In this document: in pieces, positions 1-14,690 of the stretch
Position numbering within the stretch: the first letter of the stretch is position 1
Layout: each line of letters opens with the position of its first letter
Source: Octopus vulgaris
Taxonomy: Eukaryota
NCBI GenBank assembly: GCA_951406725.2
Contig: OX597831.1
Span: 14,632,001-14,696,000, forward strand
Direction: 5' to 3'
DNA: 64,000 bases
Notes under the pieces: model-generated
Told to the model about the DNA's origin: nothing
Databases searched by the model: none
The model's input: only the letters and a program-made list of their open reading frames with translations
Position numbers and translations under genes: made by a program

Positions 1-185
1 TAATGTGTGGGTCTATGTTTGCTCCTCTTGATAACCGGTGTTGGTGCATTTATGTTCGGTAAAAGAGACCGATTGAATAAGAACGAGGTTTAAAAGAATA
101 AGTTCGTCCGTTCGACTAAAAATTCTTCAAGGCGCTGCTCCAGCATGGCCGTAGTCAAATGACTGAGATAAGTAGAAGACAAGAA
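1..185 (+). mobile_element. SINE A 3' half
   Basis: aaaagagaccga..gaataag...gctccagcatggccgtagtcaaatgactgag. Confidence 0.75.
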
Positions 186-474
186 AGAAGAACCTTTTCA
201 AATATTTCTGCCTGTGTAAGACCCTCAATGAAACATTATGCAACAAAAATTTTCTTTCCTTCGTTCTATCATGTGACATCCACATATAAAATTATATGTA
301 ATAATAAAGGTTATTCTTTTGCGGGAATATTTCATTGAAAAGATTTGCATCAGTGAATGCCATCGATGTATAATCAGAGTAATAAAAAGGTTCCAGCAGA
401 CTCATACAAGTAATGAGAGAGAACTTTCCAAGCAACAGGATATGGTTATTGATCTCAAATATCAGTAATTAAAA

Positions 475-675
475 TGGCGAGCTGACACGCATGGCTGCAT
501 GCTTTGCGTTATTCCCTCAATCTTTACGTTCTGAGTTCGAATACCTCCGTGGTGGACTTTGCCATTCTTCCTTTCGGGATCGATAAAATAAATACCATTT
601 GAACACTAGGGTCCATATAATCGACTTATCTCCACCCTGAGAGTGCTGGTTGTGTGCCAAAATTTCAAACCAATA
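475..675 (+). mobile_element. SINE family B (diverged)
   Basis: ggcgagctg...ttacgttctgagttcga...cctttcgggatcgataaa core. Confidence 0.7.
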
Positions 676-1604
676 TCGAATACATCAATATATTTTTTTT
701 ATATTGCTGGTATCAAATACATTTAAAAAAATCTCTCCAGACTTAAATTTCAATGGGCCTCACACAATTCCGTTTGAATAAGGACTCTGCGTAGGTTCAA
801 AACAATTTATAGTAGTTCAAGGCCCATGTGTTGTAGGAGCAGACGAAAGAAGGTATTAGTTTACTGTTTATTATCCGAAGAAATCAAACTACGAGAAACC
901 AGGGACGCAATCGCGTATAAACTCCAATTTGCCTTGAATCTCCTTTCAATTAGGAACTGCGAGTAAATCTAAACCATGCAAGCATCAAAGAACTTTTGGT
1001 GATACCAATATACTAATTGCATCTCATTGACCCATCGTTTCCGTGCATTAGCTTAGTAATCATTCCCCTATTAACTGTTTTTGAAACATCCCCGTATCTC
1101 TATCGTTCAATTTTCTCCTGTGTATTATTATTTCCATTTCAAAATTCACTCTCAAGAGTAACGTCTTTCGAATTAAGTTTACAGAACTCCCAGTTTAATG
1201 ATAATTAATGCTTGTGATAATACGAGATCAAAACAAGGTTTGTACAGCTAATGTGTTAAAGGCATTCACGCATTAATATGGCGTGGTTTTCTTTTAAAAT
1301 TTAAAATATGGCGGCATGAAAAACTGCGTAAATTTTATGTATTTATTCTTCCTTTGTGCGAGAAATGGTCAGTTGCTGCCAGTGTTTGTTTCAACAGACT
1401 ACATTAAACTGATACTGCATTTTACATATTAGGTACATTTTCCTTCGCTATTTATTACTACCACACCTCTCATAAACACACACAAAAATACACATACATG
1501 CACTTAAATATAAATCCAAAGGTACATGCATACAGATGGACACATACATATATATATAAATATATCTATCTATCTATCTATATATATATATGCATACATA
1601 CATA

Positions 1605-1644
<40 letters not shown>

Positions 1645-1837
1645 GTATGAGAGGGAAACCACTCTCATACGTGTATAGTACAATTTTACTGAACCTTCAG
1701 TTTTTTATATGCTACACCACTGGTGTGAAATCGATGTTAATTAAATTACTAACTAATTTCTCACCCCCATTTTAAATATATATATATAATGGTATTAATT
1801 AATTAGGAGATGGGTTTCGTATTAGACTTTTATTAGT

Positions 1838-1881
1838 TACAACATATGTTTCGACCCATCAGTTTGGGTCTCGTCAGGTAC
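1838..1881 (-). ncRNA. Minimal type-I hammerhead ribozyme
   Basis: Minus strand reads UAC-CUGACGA-GACCCA aacuga UGGGUC-GAA-ACAUAUGU-U-GUA: 6-bp stem II, palindromic stem III, 3-bp stem I, followed by AAUAAA. Confidence 0.7.
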
Positions 1882-1905
1882 ATTGATAACTTAACTTTTT
1901 AAAAT

Positions 1906-1953
1906 ATTTTTGATAAGGTTCGTTTTTTCAAGAAGAACCGAAACATGTAAAAT
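1906..1953 (+). ncRNA. Type-I hammerhead with U3-A8 variant core
   Basis: AUUU-UUGAUAA-GGUUC guuuuuucaagaa GAACC-GAA-ACAUGU-A-AAAU, then AAUAAA at 1958. All three stems pair. Confidence 0.6.
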
Positions 1954-2039
1954 CTCTAATAAAAATAAAAATTGATTTTACATAGTGGCGTTTTCAAACT
2001 TCTTTTTTATAAATATATACCCACTCGTATGCCACCTAC

Positions 2040-2105
<66 letters not shown>

Positions 2106-2179
2106 ATAATTTAATAAATAAAATATATGCATACACACATACACATAAGTACGTACCTACATCTACATGTATATATACA

Positions 2180-2219
<40 letters not shown>

Positions 2220-2868
2220 TACAGGACACCACAAATAGACGTAGAACTCAACGGGAAACGAAAACGCAAAAACAAACATGGAAACGGACTTTTTTTAACA
2301 ATGGAAAAACAGAGTACAAGACAAACAATACAAGGAATATTCCCCTTCATCAGCTGTCCCTAGTTCGACTCCATGCGTGTTTCGAAGGTAAGGACAGAAC
2401 ACGACCCGTCGAACTAATCCTTCCTGCAAAAGAATTAAATAAAATTCCTTTGCAGAGGGGTAAAAACAAGGAAAGAAAAAAAATGTGACAAGAACAGGAC
2501 GTAAAAGCAATACAAATAAAAATACAAATACAAAAAAAATACAAATGCAAAAAATACAGTACACATAAAGAATAAAAACAGGACAAAGAAACCAACGTTG
2601 AGGGCCTTTTTTTAAGCCTAGACGATGGAAAAAAAATTCAGAGCGCTAGAAAAAAGTCATGTTGACTTGTAGAAGGCCGCCAGCGAAAGGAAGTTGGTCG
2701 ACTCAGCAGTGAGAGAGATGAGGAGGAGTGAGAGAGAGAGAGAGAGATAGAGAGGAAAGGAAACCAGAAAGGGTGAAAAATAAGAAGAAGAGAGACAGGC
2801 AAAGAGGAAGACAGACAGGAAGGAAGGGAAAGTCTATCAAAGGGTTACAGAGTTTCGCGTCGTATATG

Positions 2869-2922
<54 letters not shown>

Positions 2923-3394
2923 TGCATACATATGCATATATATATATTTCTGCAGTAATTTTGTTATGAGGTAGAGTGGAAAATGTATGAAATGTCAAGG
3001 ACCTAGAATGCCTGCCATTTCTTATAAGATGTTTAGAATTTCTGACATGTTAAAAGGTAAGATAAGTTGTGCAAATATATTGCCAGAAATGCAAACACTT
3101 AATGCGGATTTGTGTTATATATATATATGGTTATATATGTGTGTGAGTGTGTATGTGTATGTATACATATATATGTGTGTGTGAATGTGTGTGTGTTTTG
3201 ACGTCATAAAAATTCATAAACTTTTCGGGATAACATGAAACAACTCTTCTTTTTGGAATTAAATCTGGAAAAACTTATAAAGCTATTTACATGCGTTTAT
3301 TTATAGATTTGTATGTATTTCAAAATTCAATTTCCCCTAAGAATTACTTATATACTTACACCCCCCCCACATACAAACATGCACGCACTCACAC

Positions 3395-4170
<776 letters not shown>

Positions 4171-4184
4171 ACTTTACCTCAATG

Positions 4185-4750
4185 TATCATCAGATGAAAA
4201 TGTGAGCCTATATGAGCAGAAGACCATGCATAGATATGTTAGCAGAAAGCTCCGCGATGATAGCAACATCAATCATCAAAGCAGTTTCTTGTGAACCGGA
4301 TTACTACCTCTCGCTTCGAAGGGTATGTGCGTGCAATCCAGGAACAGGAAATATCAACCAAATATCTGATGCACAAGAGGTATAGAGACGCAGGAAAACC
4401 AGCAAAATGTCATAACTGATGCAGACTTTGTGGAGTTAACACATAAGATATCACCCACATCATAAGTAGTTGTCCAAAAATGTCATCACGGTATTATCTA
4501 CAGATAAGACATGATGTAGCTAGGACACTCTATAATGAAATCCATCGGAAGGAAAACCCCCAGGCCATGAGGATCCACACTATGGTAGAAGCCATAACCG
4601 CTTATAATAAAAGGGATTACTGGTGGAATATCCCAATGAAAGCCTTAATAAAATGTAAGCATAATATACCTGACATAGTAATTTGGGATAGAGAAGAGAA
4701 TCTGTGTACAGTTGTGGAAATCAGTTTCCCAGCGGATACTAAGATAAAGA
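4185..4750 (+). mobile_element. Decayed R4/R2-group non-LTR retrotransposon fragment (CCHC knuckle + restriction-like endonuclease)
   Basis: EGYVRAIQEQEI...CRLCG...DITHIISSC...RHD...CKHNIPDIVIWDREENLCTVVEISFP, with in-frame stops. Confidence 0.8.
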
Positions 4751-4753
4751 TAC

Positions 4754-5810
4754 GAACATTTCAGAGTATCTGAGTGTGAATCTGAGGACAGAGCAAATGA
4801 CAGTGTAGAGGAAATAGTTGGATGAAACTGATGGTGATTACGAAGGTTCAGCAGCTCGGAAAACTCAATCTGATTGCTCTGATAAGAAAAAGAACTCCTG
4901 AATTTGTTGGTGAGATCCAGGCCAGGATTGACAACGATCCCTCCATGTGAATCAGGTCCATCTCCAGGGACATGGGAGTGTCTGAGATTCTTATGAGGCG
5001 GGTAGTGCATGAAGACATTCGGTATTCCTCATACAAGATGATAAAGGGCCAATTGTGTCCCAAGCCATCAAAGACAAGAGCTACGAAACTTTTGAACAAA
5101 CTCAAGCATCCCTTCAACCGAACATGATTTGGTTCTTCTCAGACGAGAAAAAATTCTGCCAGGATCAGATGGCGAACGCACAGAACAGCCTTTGGTTTGC
5201 CGTGTCCTCAAAACATGTAGCGAAAGTGATAAAAATCAAACATGCATTCAACATCATGGTGTTTGGAGCGATTACTAGTGATGGTGACGTCATAGCTCCA
5301 TTCATTTTCTCATACGGCCTTAGACTCAACAGGGAGGCCCAAATCAAATGCCTGGCGGGTGTAGTGTTGCCCTGGGTTAAGAGGATGGTTGGTGCAAAAC
5401 TCAACGTCTGCTAACAGGACCCTGCACCATTCCACACAAGCAGGAGAACCCAGTCATCGCTGTCAGACAGCACCCCTAACATCTGGCCACCTAACCCCCA
5501 CACTGCAACCCCCTGATTATTATGTCTGAGGCGCAGTTGATTGAGAGACCAACAAAACTTCTTGTAACACCAAAGATAAAGTGAAGGCAAGGATTATGGC
5601 AGCATTCACCAACTTAAACAAGGAGACCGTCCAGTAGAGTTGAAGGATATCCCGAAGTCGTCTGGAGTGCGTGGTTGAAGCCAATGGCGAATTTATTGAA
5701 TAAATTTACTCTTTAGTATTTGAAGATATTTTTATGCAATTTTGGTGAATATATCTTTTAAAATGTTATTTTCATTTTTACGTAATTTAGACGACAATTT
5801 ATCCACCCTG
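4754..5810 (+). mobile_element. Tc1/mariner-superfamily fossil, probably maT (DD37D-like); 5' end missing
   Basis: FSDEKKF, MVFGAITSDG, QDPAPFHTS, IWPPN..NP.DY motifs with stops and frameshifts; ends in ...caccctg|TA. Confidence 0.8.
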
Positions 5811-6931
5811 TATATATAAATACACACGTGTGTGTGTGTGTGTGTGTATGTGTGTTGGTGTTTTTCTTGAGGTTGACAGTGCTTAAGACCAGTGTTTTGT
5901 TTTTCCGTGGCCTTGCTCCGGCATGGCCTCAGTCTAATGCATGAAGCATGTAGAATAATAGAAGGTTGTGACTATTATCTGCACCTCTTTCTACTACAAA
6001 TACGTTTCGCAAAAATGTAAAAATGAAAGCGAATTCCTATGAATTCTTATTGCATGTGTATTAGATTGAAAACCTGAAAGAATAACTGCAAAATGTTACG
6101 AGGTGAAGCTCTACGAATGGACGCTGTAATTCATTAAGTTGTACTTCTTACAAGGAATAACATTAATTATATTTATTTAATCAAGCGCTTTTTGGCTTCT
6201 TTTAAAGAGACCGAATCGGAATACAAGACGATTTTGTGTGCTTTGTGATGTGTAAAATGCTGAGAAAGTTCTGCATCATCAAAAGGTTCACATGTATAAA
6301 CCGTTACGGAAAAAAAACGAAAATGAAAGTAAAAATAAAATATAAACAGTTTTTTTTATGCATGAAATAATTATGAATTCCTATGAACCATTTGAAAGCG
6401 GTGATGCTTTGCATGTAGGAATGTGTCAACGTAAGCCGTCATTTATTTCTCATAATAAACAAAGTTAATTATATCTCACTAATTATACTTTCTTAATCAT
6501 ATCTTCATAATTACATTCTAAAGAATCATTTTTGAGGAGAAAAAAAACATACGAATAGAAGCATTTCTTCTTTAATCTGGTTACTAACAGAATTTGAACA
6601 CTCGCTCTAATTAATATAACATGTTTAAAATTTCATTGAATATACACTGAAAGTATGTCGAAAATAAAATATACGACGCTAATTTAAAATTAAAATTTGA
6701 AACGGGTCGAATTTCCAAACACAAAAAAAACAATAAATGAAATAAATGAAAATAACATAAGTTACATACAAACCTGCCATTAACATTATAACCCCTAACT
6801 ATATTAACCTGATATTTTTTCGTGTTTCATTGAGCATAAATATTTAGGGAGATACGTTGAGATATCTTTGCAAGAAAAATGGTCGCCACAATGCAAATAT
6901 ATTTTTGATATCACTGCAAAGAAGGGTTTAA

Positions 6932-7135
6932 TATCGGTTTCAAACCTTCGCACAAGGCCAGAAATTTCAGGGGAGGGGAAAGACGATTACATCTACTCCA
7001 GTGTTCTTATCTTATCAACCCCGAAACGAAGAAAGGCAATGTCAACGCTGGCGGAATTTGAACTCAGAACGTAAAAACGGACGAAATTCTGCTAAGCATT
7101 TTGCTGGGCGTGCTAACGATTTTTCCAGCTCACCT
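6932..7135 (-). mobile_element. SINE B
   Basis: cggaatttgaactcagaacgtaa...cgtgctaacgat. Confidence 0.7.
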
Positions 7136-7502
7136 TAAAAAGTGTTTAATATCAAATGCGAACTCTCTTTCTTCATGTGCAATGGTTAGAGATAACTGCG
7201 AATATGACTCTTTGCATGAAGAAACACTACGTTTTTCTATAACCGTTTGGTAGTTTACTTACTGTTAACTAATGTAACGGCCTCCTCTTTCGAAATCACC
7301 CTTGAAGCACAAGACTGCTTTACATCTTAGACAAGGTTACTAGCTCACGTAAGGTCAGGACTGTCATATATCGGTGATCCTATACACATGCCGAGTGATT
7401 AGCTCCCCGCCAAGTCCAGTGTGTCACAAGGTCGCCTGGCATTTGACTCATAATTGAGCGTCCTTTAACACTACGTCACTCCTAAACAAACCTGGGAGCA
7501 AC

Positions 7503-8122
7503 TAAGTTCTTCACAGTGGTTGAACCAAAATGAAGCACCGAAAACCTTCCCTAAACCCGAGCACTTCAGGAAGAAAGTTATGGTGATTCTTTGGTGGTGC
7601 ACAGCTGGATTCCTCCACTATAACTTCTTAAAACCCGGAAAAACCATTACTGCAGAAATATATTGCCATGAAATTGCCAAAATGAACGAAAAACTGCTAC
7701 TTCTCCGTTCCCAGATTGGTCAACAGAAGATGGCCAATCATTCTTCATGACAATGTTCGACCACACGTTTCACTAATGGCGCTCCAGAAGTTGAGGGAAC
7801 TTGGCTACGAAGTTCTTCCCCACCCAGCTTATTCCCCAGACTTCTCTCCTACCGGCTACCGCTTTTTCAATCACCTTGATGGTTTCCTGCGAGGGAAGGA
7901 GTTCAAAAATTAAACACCGATGCTGAAAGTGAGTTGAAAGAGTTCATCAGTCCCAGAACTCCAGGATTTTTATGTTACCGGAAAAAACAAACTGTTAACT
8001 CGTTGGCAAAAAGGTGTTGATTGTAATGGTACTTACTTTGAAGAATAAAATTTCCGCATTGACGAAATATATTGTAATGAATTTCAGGTTTCAAAATGTT
8101 GCTTAATTTTTACTCAGCCTGA
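7503..8122 (+). mobile_element. mariner (DD34D) transposon 3' fragment
   Basis: KKVMVILWW, ILHDNVRPH, HPAYSPDFSPTGY motifs across a frameshift; terminal ...tttttactcagcctga|TA. Confidence 0.9.
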
Positions 8123-8123
8123 T

Positions 8124-8167
<44 letters not shown>

Positions 8168-8552
8168 GTTTGTATATAAGCAAGATTCGTTTGAAAAAGG
8201 TACTTACAGTTGAGACGATACCTCGTTAGGTCAGATTAAAAGGCAGACAACAAATTTCAGATGAATGCCAACCATGCGATTGAACTTGGCAGAATCATTG
8301 AATATGTAGGTTGCCGTGGATTTTGAATTACTTTCTTGGTTGCAAAGGTCGTGATATTCATCTGAAGAAAACGGGATTTTTCTGATGATATAATGCACTC
8401 AACTATCAGTTAAAAATTCTTTAGAAACTGCCGAAATGATTAGTGACATGTCCTTCAATTGTTACGTGTATGCACACGCACACACACACATACACACACA
8501 CACACATTTACACACACACACGGGCACGCATGCACACACGCACACACATATA

Positions 8553-8690
8553 AGTGCAGGAGTGGCTGTGTTGTAAGTTGGTTTCTAACCAACCTGTGCG
8601 GCACCTTGACCATGTATCTTCTACTATTGCCTCAGGCCGACCAAACCCTTGCGAGTGGATTTGGTACGCGGAAACTGAAAGATGCCCGTC

Positions 8691-8735
<45 letters not shown>

Positions 8736-8753
8736 AGTGCGTGTGTGTGTGTC

Positions 8754-8804
<51 letters not shown>

Positions 8805-8962
8805 GTGTGTTTACGTACTCGTCACTTAGCGGTTCAGACATAAGAACACGATAGAACAAGTACTAGGCTTACAAAGAATAAGTCCTGGGGTCAATTTGTT
8901 CGACTAAGGGTGTTGCTCCAGCATGGACGTTGTCAAATGACAGAAACAAATTAAATAATAAA
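8553..8962 (+). mobile_element. SINE family A (tRNA-like head, internal TA/TG microsatellite)
   Basis: gcaggagtggctgtg head...gaaactgaaaga..cccgtcg(TA)n(TG)n...gctccagcatgg; many copies in the window. Confidence 0.85.
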
Positions 8963-9131
8963 AGCATATGTAATGCCAACCCTCTTGACAAATTCCTTTT
9001 GTTGTGAAGAACTCTCGAAGACCGAAACACAAGTACTAACATGTACTTGCGCTAATATAATTACTCTAAGGTGCGTTCGGCTCGTTATCAAAGTTTGGAG
9101 ATAGTCTTGTCTTCAAACACCAAGCTAACCG

Positions 9132-9165
<34 letters not shown>

Positions 9166-9167
9166 CA

Positions 9168-9257
<90 letters not shown>

Positions 9258-9365
9258 ATATATATATACATATATGTGTATATATATATATATGTGTGTG
9301 TCCGTGTGTGTAAATATATATATATATATATATGTCTTTATATCTGTCTATATCTATATCATCTA

Positions 9366-9424
<59 letters not shown>

Positions 9425-10334
9425 ATATATATATATAAAGTAATTGCGATCTGATAGATAGTTAGATAATTACATAGATACATAGCTAAATGCTTATAAA
9501 GTATATATCGATATATATTCATAGACATAAATACAGAAAAAAATTTAGATTCATTAATAACGAGCTAGAGGAAATCAGAGCAAGCGTAGAGCAATGATTC
9601 TAATAATTTTATAGTTGAATGAATCCTAGGAGCACCGTGACCAGATTAGCGTGAAACATTCGTGTTGTGTTACTGTCTCCCTATTTCTCCTAGGCGATAA
9701 GTGGGGATAAAATTAAATATTTGTACAAATGCAATTGGATTGATTACTGTTTTAGTATAGTTTTTGTTTTTTATCACTTATAATCTCATTGGTATTCTGA
9801 TCGATTTGTTGTAGCTTCTACAATTCTAACCTTATCCAGCATTCCCCTCACCTCTCCTCCACGATCATGTCCTCATCACTTGACAAACCACTCACTGCAA
9901 CTTCTCAGAGCATTGGCAAACAGTGTTACTATGGAGATAAAATACTTGGTGGCTGGCGTTGGAATGTATGGAGGATATCAAATAAACACTACTTTGCTAA
10001 CAAGTTATATATTTTAGATGTAGCTAAATAAAGTAAGAGTTTATCAAACAAACTGCTGGAAGTATTTGAGTTATATCTGATAATAGTTTGATATCTGGGA
10101 GATTATCTGTGTCATTGTTGCGAGGTACTCCCCAAGCGGTGTAATACGTCTGGTCGGTCGATAACCTGTGAGATGTATAAAGCATGTGCATGTCTAGGTA
10201 TGATATGTCCACTAGTGTTTGTACGTAGATAACGGTTGTAGAAAGCATGTTCCGCCGGGCATTCAAACAGAATACAACGACGACAACGACAATGATAACG
10301 ATAACAACATCAACTGTAATAACAATAATCTTTC

Positions 10335-10520
10335 CTACTATAGGCACAAGGCCTGAGATTTGAAGTGGTGCGGCGAATCGATTGCATGGACCTCAGTGCG
10401 TAGCGGATACTGATTTCGTTCACCCCGAAACGACGAGATGCGAAGTTGGCCCCGGCTAAATTTGAACCCAGAACGTAAAGACGGATGAAATGCCGTTAAG
10501 TGTTTTGTTCGATGCGCTGG
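10335..10520 (-). mobile_element. SINE B (diverged)
   Basis: cacaaggcctgagattt...aatttgaacccagaacgtaaagac. Confidence 0.65.
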
Positions 10521-10821
10521 TCCATCGAAGACAAATTTTGGTGATTAGTGATTCGATACTCTGACGTTTCGCACTTTCAATCCTCGGAGTTACGGGAGAC
10601 ACAGTCAAACCATTTGATGTTCAAGAGATGATGATGCTTCAGTTAATGAAAATGTTCGAGATTTTGATGTCGCCAGATTACAAAATCGATCTGTAACTAG
10701 TTTAATAAGTGCCTACACACGAACCTTTCGGCATTTGAGTCACGCTATTGCTTCTGCTAAATATTAATAAAACAATATACATATACTAATGCTTTCAGTT
10801 CTAATATTCCTGTTTCCATCA

Positions 10822-10858
<37 letters not shown>

Positions 10859-10859
<1 letters not shown>

Positions 10860-10890
10860 TAGCAATGCACTCCGGCGTTGCCCGGCTGTT
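10859..10890 (-). mobile_element. Helitron 3' terminus remnant
   Basis: a|ctagc..ccggcgttgcccgg hairpin similar to the 21401 and 23358 ends. Confidence 0.45.
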
Positions 10891-12155
10891 ATACCCTACA
10901 GCCACATTCTACTATTTGTTCCTTTCTTATGGCCAGAATCGGTACACGAAGAGTATGAAGCAAACAACTCTTCCTTATAAACATGTTTCTCGGTTATTTT
11001 CTGATGAACAACGCAGCAGTTTCCGTCTACTAAATTCAGTCAAAAGTGTGTGGTTGGCCTGGGGCTATAGTAGAAAACAATTGCCCAAGGTAACATGCAG
11101 AGGGACTGAACGTGGAACCATGTGGTTTGGAAGCAACCTTTTCAAACACACAGTGATTCTTGCACCTAATATGTTGGTGTGTTTCCATTTGTTGTTAAAG
11201 TGAGTATTGTGTCCCACCATATCTCAAAGTTAGCGGTTCGTCAAGTAGAGATCTAAAGCCAAATTGAAAGGCGTACAGAGGTCAGTATGATCCATTAAAG
11301 TTTTGAAGGTGATACACCATCATGGCGACAGTCGAAAGACTAAACCCAGAAAAATAATGTTTAAAGACTTAATGGCTTCGAATTTAAGGTAACGGATTAC
11401 TAACCACGAGATAATGAGTTCAAAACTTGGTATTGATCTTCCACTCTATCCGATAACATTATACGTACATCTCAGTGTATTTGACTTGTAGCAATTAACA
11501 ATTGTAATTTGAAGTTTAATGGTTAACAGTAAGAAAGATGTTCAGATTTCTTAAAAAATGATTGTACAAAATATTCTGAGAAAAAGTATTTTTCTCAACA
11601 CAGCAAAGCACACACAAACACCCGTACAGAGGTGTCTCTGTGGTAAATTGAGCAACTACCAATAGCAGCCAAATCTCTCTCAAAACACTTCCATCAAAAC
11701 AAAGACACAAATTTACAGTATTTCAGAAAGAAAAAAGTATGCGACGGGTCAGCTGCATCAGAGCCAACAGACAAACGTACATCGCATTAAAAGATTATCT
11801 ACTAAATAATACTAATAAAGCTGACGGCATATCGTCGAAGTTTCATACCCTGGTAAATCTCCATGTATTTTAAACATTTTCTCATTATGCTCTATGTAAG
11901 ACATAAAGAGTGTTCAGGCAGAGTTACTTCTCTTAGCTAAAGACCACAAAATTGTGCGACCTGAATTAGTTTTCGAGGTTACTTTTGTAGTAAAAGAGTT
12001 GTGCAAAAAACATATTTTATTTCGTAGCCGAAAGATTACTGAATCATTTGATACCTCATACGTCAAAATCAGCCTCTCAGTTTTCGAATTCGTAAAGAAC
12101 ATACGCGCACGCACACACATACACACTATTTCTGTTTAATATGTTAAGTTCTATA

Positions 12156-12209
<54 letters not shown>

Positions 12210-12302
12210 TGTATATATATATATATGTATGTATGTATATATACTATATATATATGCATATATTGTTATATATGTATACACACACACACACATACACACA
12301 CA

Positions 12303-12377
<75 letters not shown>

Positions 12378-12475
12378 CAAACTAGTTTAATAAGTGCCTA
12401 CGCAAGAAATTAATTTTCGGCCCATGAGAATTTTGCTTCTGTTGAATATTAATGATATAAATATGTATGTACGTG

Positions 12476-12613
<138 letters not shown>

Positions 12614-13305
12614 CAGATAGATAGATAGATACATATATATGAATAATCGGTGGCATTTCTTTAATCCTAATAACCAATTCTTCCGAAACATTTCCGCAGG
12701 CTTCAGAACGAAATACCAAAAAAATCGATAGATATGACCCGTTAGATTCTATAAAATTCTTTAAGATGTTCGTATATTAGAAGGTGAACCGCTATAAATT
12801 GCTCTAAATTACAATTTCTTCAGAAATGGAAAAGAAACATCGTCTTTAATGCCAAGCAGCTTTTATATAACAACACCGCAACTCGCAATCTGGTTTAATG
12901 TTATTCAGTAGAGACCTGATATTAATGCATTGTACTCTGATAAATATATTTTAACAAAATTATCATTATCAATTTAGTTTAAATTTTATTCATATTTTTA
13001 CATTTAACACTTATCAGAGCAAGAAGGAAAACAAAATTTATATAATATTGCAACTATATTTCATATCTGAATAATATTTATTGATTTCTTTTAAAAAAAT
13101 AAACGAAATAACAATAAAGTAGAAAGATAAATAAGGGTGGAGGGTGTGGTGGGGGTGGAGAAAGGGAATTTATAAGAAACTCAATATGTTATCATTTCAT
13201 ACATCCTGTTCGGGTGGAAATTTTTAAAAGCTCTGATTGGACAAACTAATCTCGTCAGCGAGCAACAACCCTGAATTGATTTTATCATCATCATCCTCAT
13301 CATCC

Positions 13306-13351
<46 letters not shown>

Positions 13352-13626
13352 AACCACCACCATCATCACCATCATCATCAGTATCGCTGTTGTTATCGTC
13401 ATCACCCTGCGATAAGACCCGATACGTAGGTGGGATTCCATTTTATTTTATTCCATATTGTGTAATTGTTATTGAAATCCTTTTCAATATGCAATACGCT
13501 CGACAACAATGCAATACGCTTCCCGTGCTCCATAACAAAAGCATTAAATGATTATGCGTACACACACATATACATACAAACATACATACATATATACATA
13601 CAAATACATATACATATATGTCTATC

Positions 13627-13658
<32 letters not shown>

Positions 13659-13909
13659 ATTAGCAATATTAAATTTCTAAATGTCTCAAAGAGACATGAG
13701 CGGTGGTGGAGCGATAGAGCGGTTATATACTGTCAACTTAACATAACAGTCCCGTAAGGGAATTACACCACCGCTATTTAGCCCTAGGAAGCATCGACGC
13801 TTCCTGTCGGCTTTGACACATTTCCTGTGTCCTTATATTTGCGAAGGGGAGACAAGCACTCCACCAGCTAGGCCTGCATCTATACAACCGCTCTCTCTAT
13901 ATATATATG

Positions 13910-14292
13910 CTTTTATTCTTTTACTTGTTTCAGTCATCTGACTGTGGCCATGCTGGAGCACCGCCTTTAGTCGAACAAATCGATCCCCCAGGACCCATTC
14001 TTTGTAAGCCTAGTACTTATTCTATCGGTCTCTTTTGCCGAACCGCTACGTTACGGGGATGTAAACACACCGACATCGATTGTCAAGCTATGCTGGGTGA
14101 CAAATACAGACACACAAACATATACATAGATATATATATACGATGGGCTTCTTTTCAGTTTCCGTCTATCAAATCCACCCACAAGGCTTTGATCGGCTCG
14201 AGGCTATAGTAGAAGACACTTGCACGAGGTGCCACGCTGTGTGACTGAACTTGGAACCATGTTGTTGGTAAGCAAGCTACTTTCCACACAGC

Positions 14293-14295
<3 letters not shown>
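13910..14295 (-). mobile_element. SINE A
   Basis: Near full-length reverse copy. Confidence 0.85.
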
Positions 14296-14348
<53 letters not shown>

Positions 14349-14654
14349 ATGTATGTATTTAAACGAACGAATGGGATATGTGGTATAGCTAAAATTGTTT
14401 CATTAGGAGTTTTGATTTTGACGTAAGCATAATACATCACTCCCAACTCAGAAGCAACCAGGTAAGACAGGTGAGGGATCCTTTACCTTCGGATACTATT
14501 GGAATTTCATATTACCTAACAGCCGTGATCCTCCTCTCCGTACTATATTAATGGATTACTTGATTGTCGGCTTTGTATAATCCTGACTAGCCCATCAATG
14601 GTGTGCTCCAATTTCATATGCCTTGATTCCTTATGGATCCCTTCTGATCGAATA

Positions 14655-14689
<35 letters not shown>

Positions 14690-14690
<1 letters not shown>

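Noticed and set aside
2340-2430. Minus-strand CGAAAC and CUGAUGA boxes
   Set aside because: The order and pairing of stems I and III do not give a complete hammerhead; at most decayed remnants.
10024-10270. Possible minus-strand terminal exon after ctcacag (about 10167)
   Set aside because: All three frames are short, with no recognisable motif and no linked upstream exon.
10557-10592. Minus-strand CCGAGGA...CGAAACGUC hammerhead-like motif
   Set aside because: U4 is mutated and stem II does not pair.
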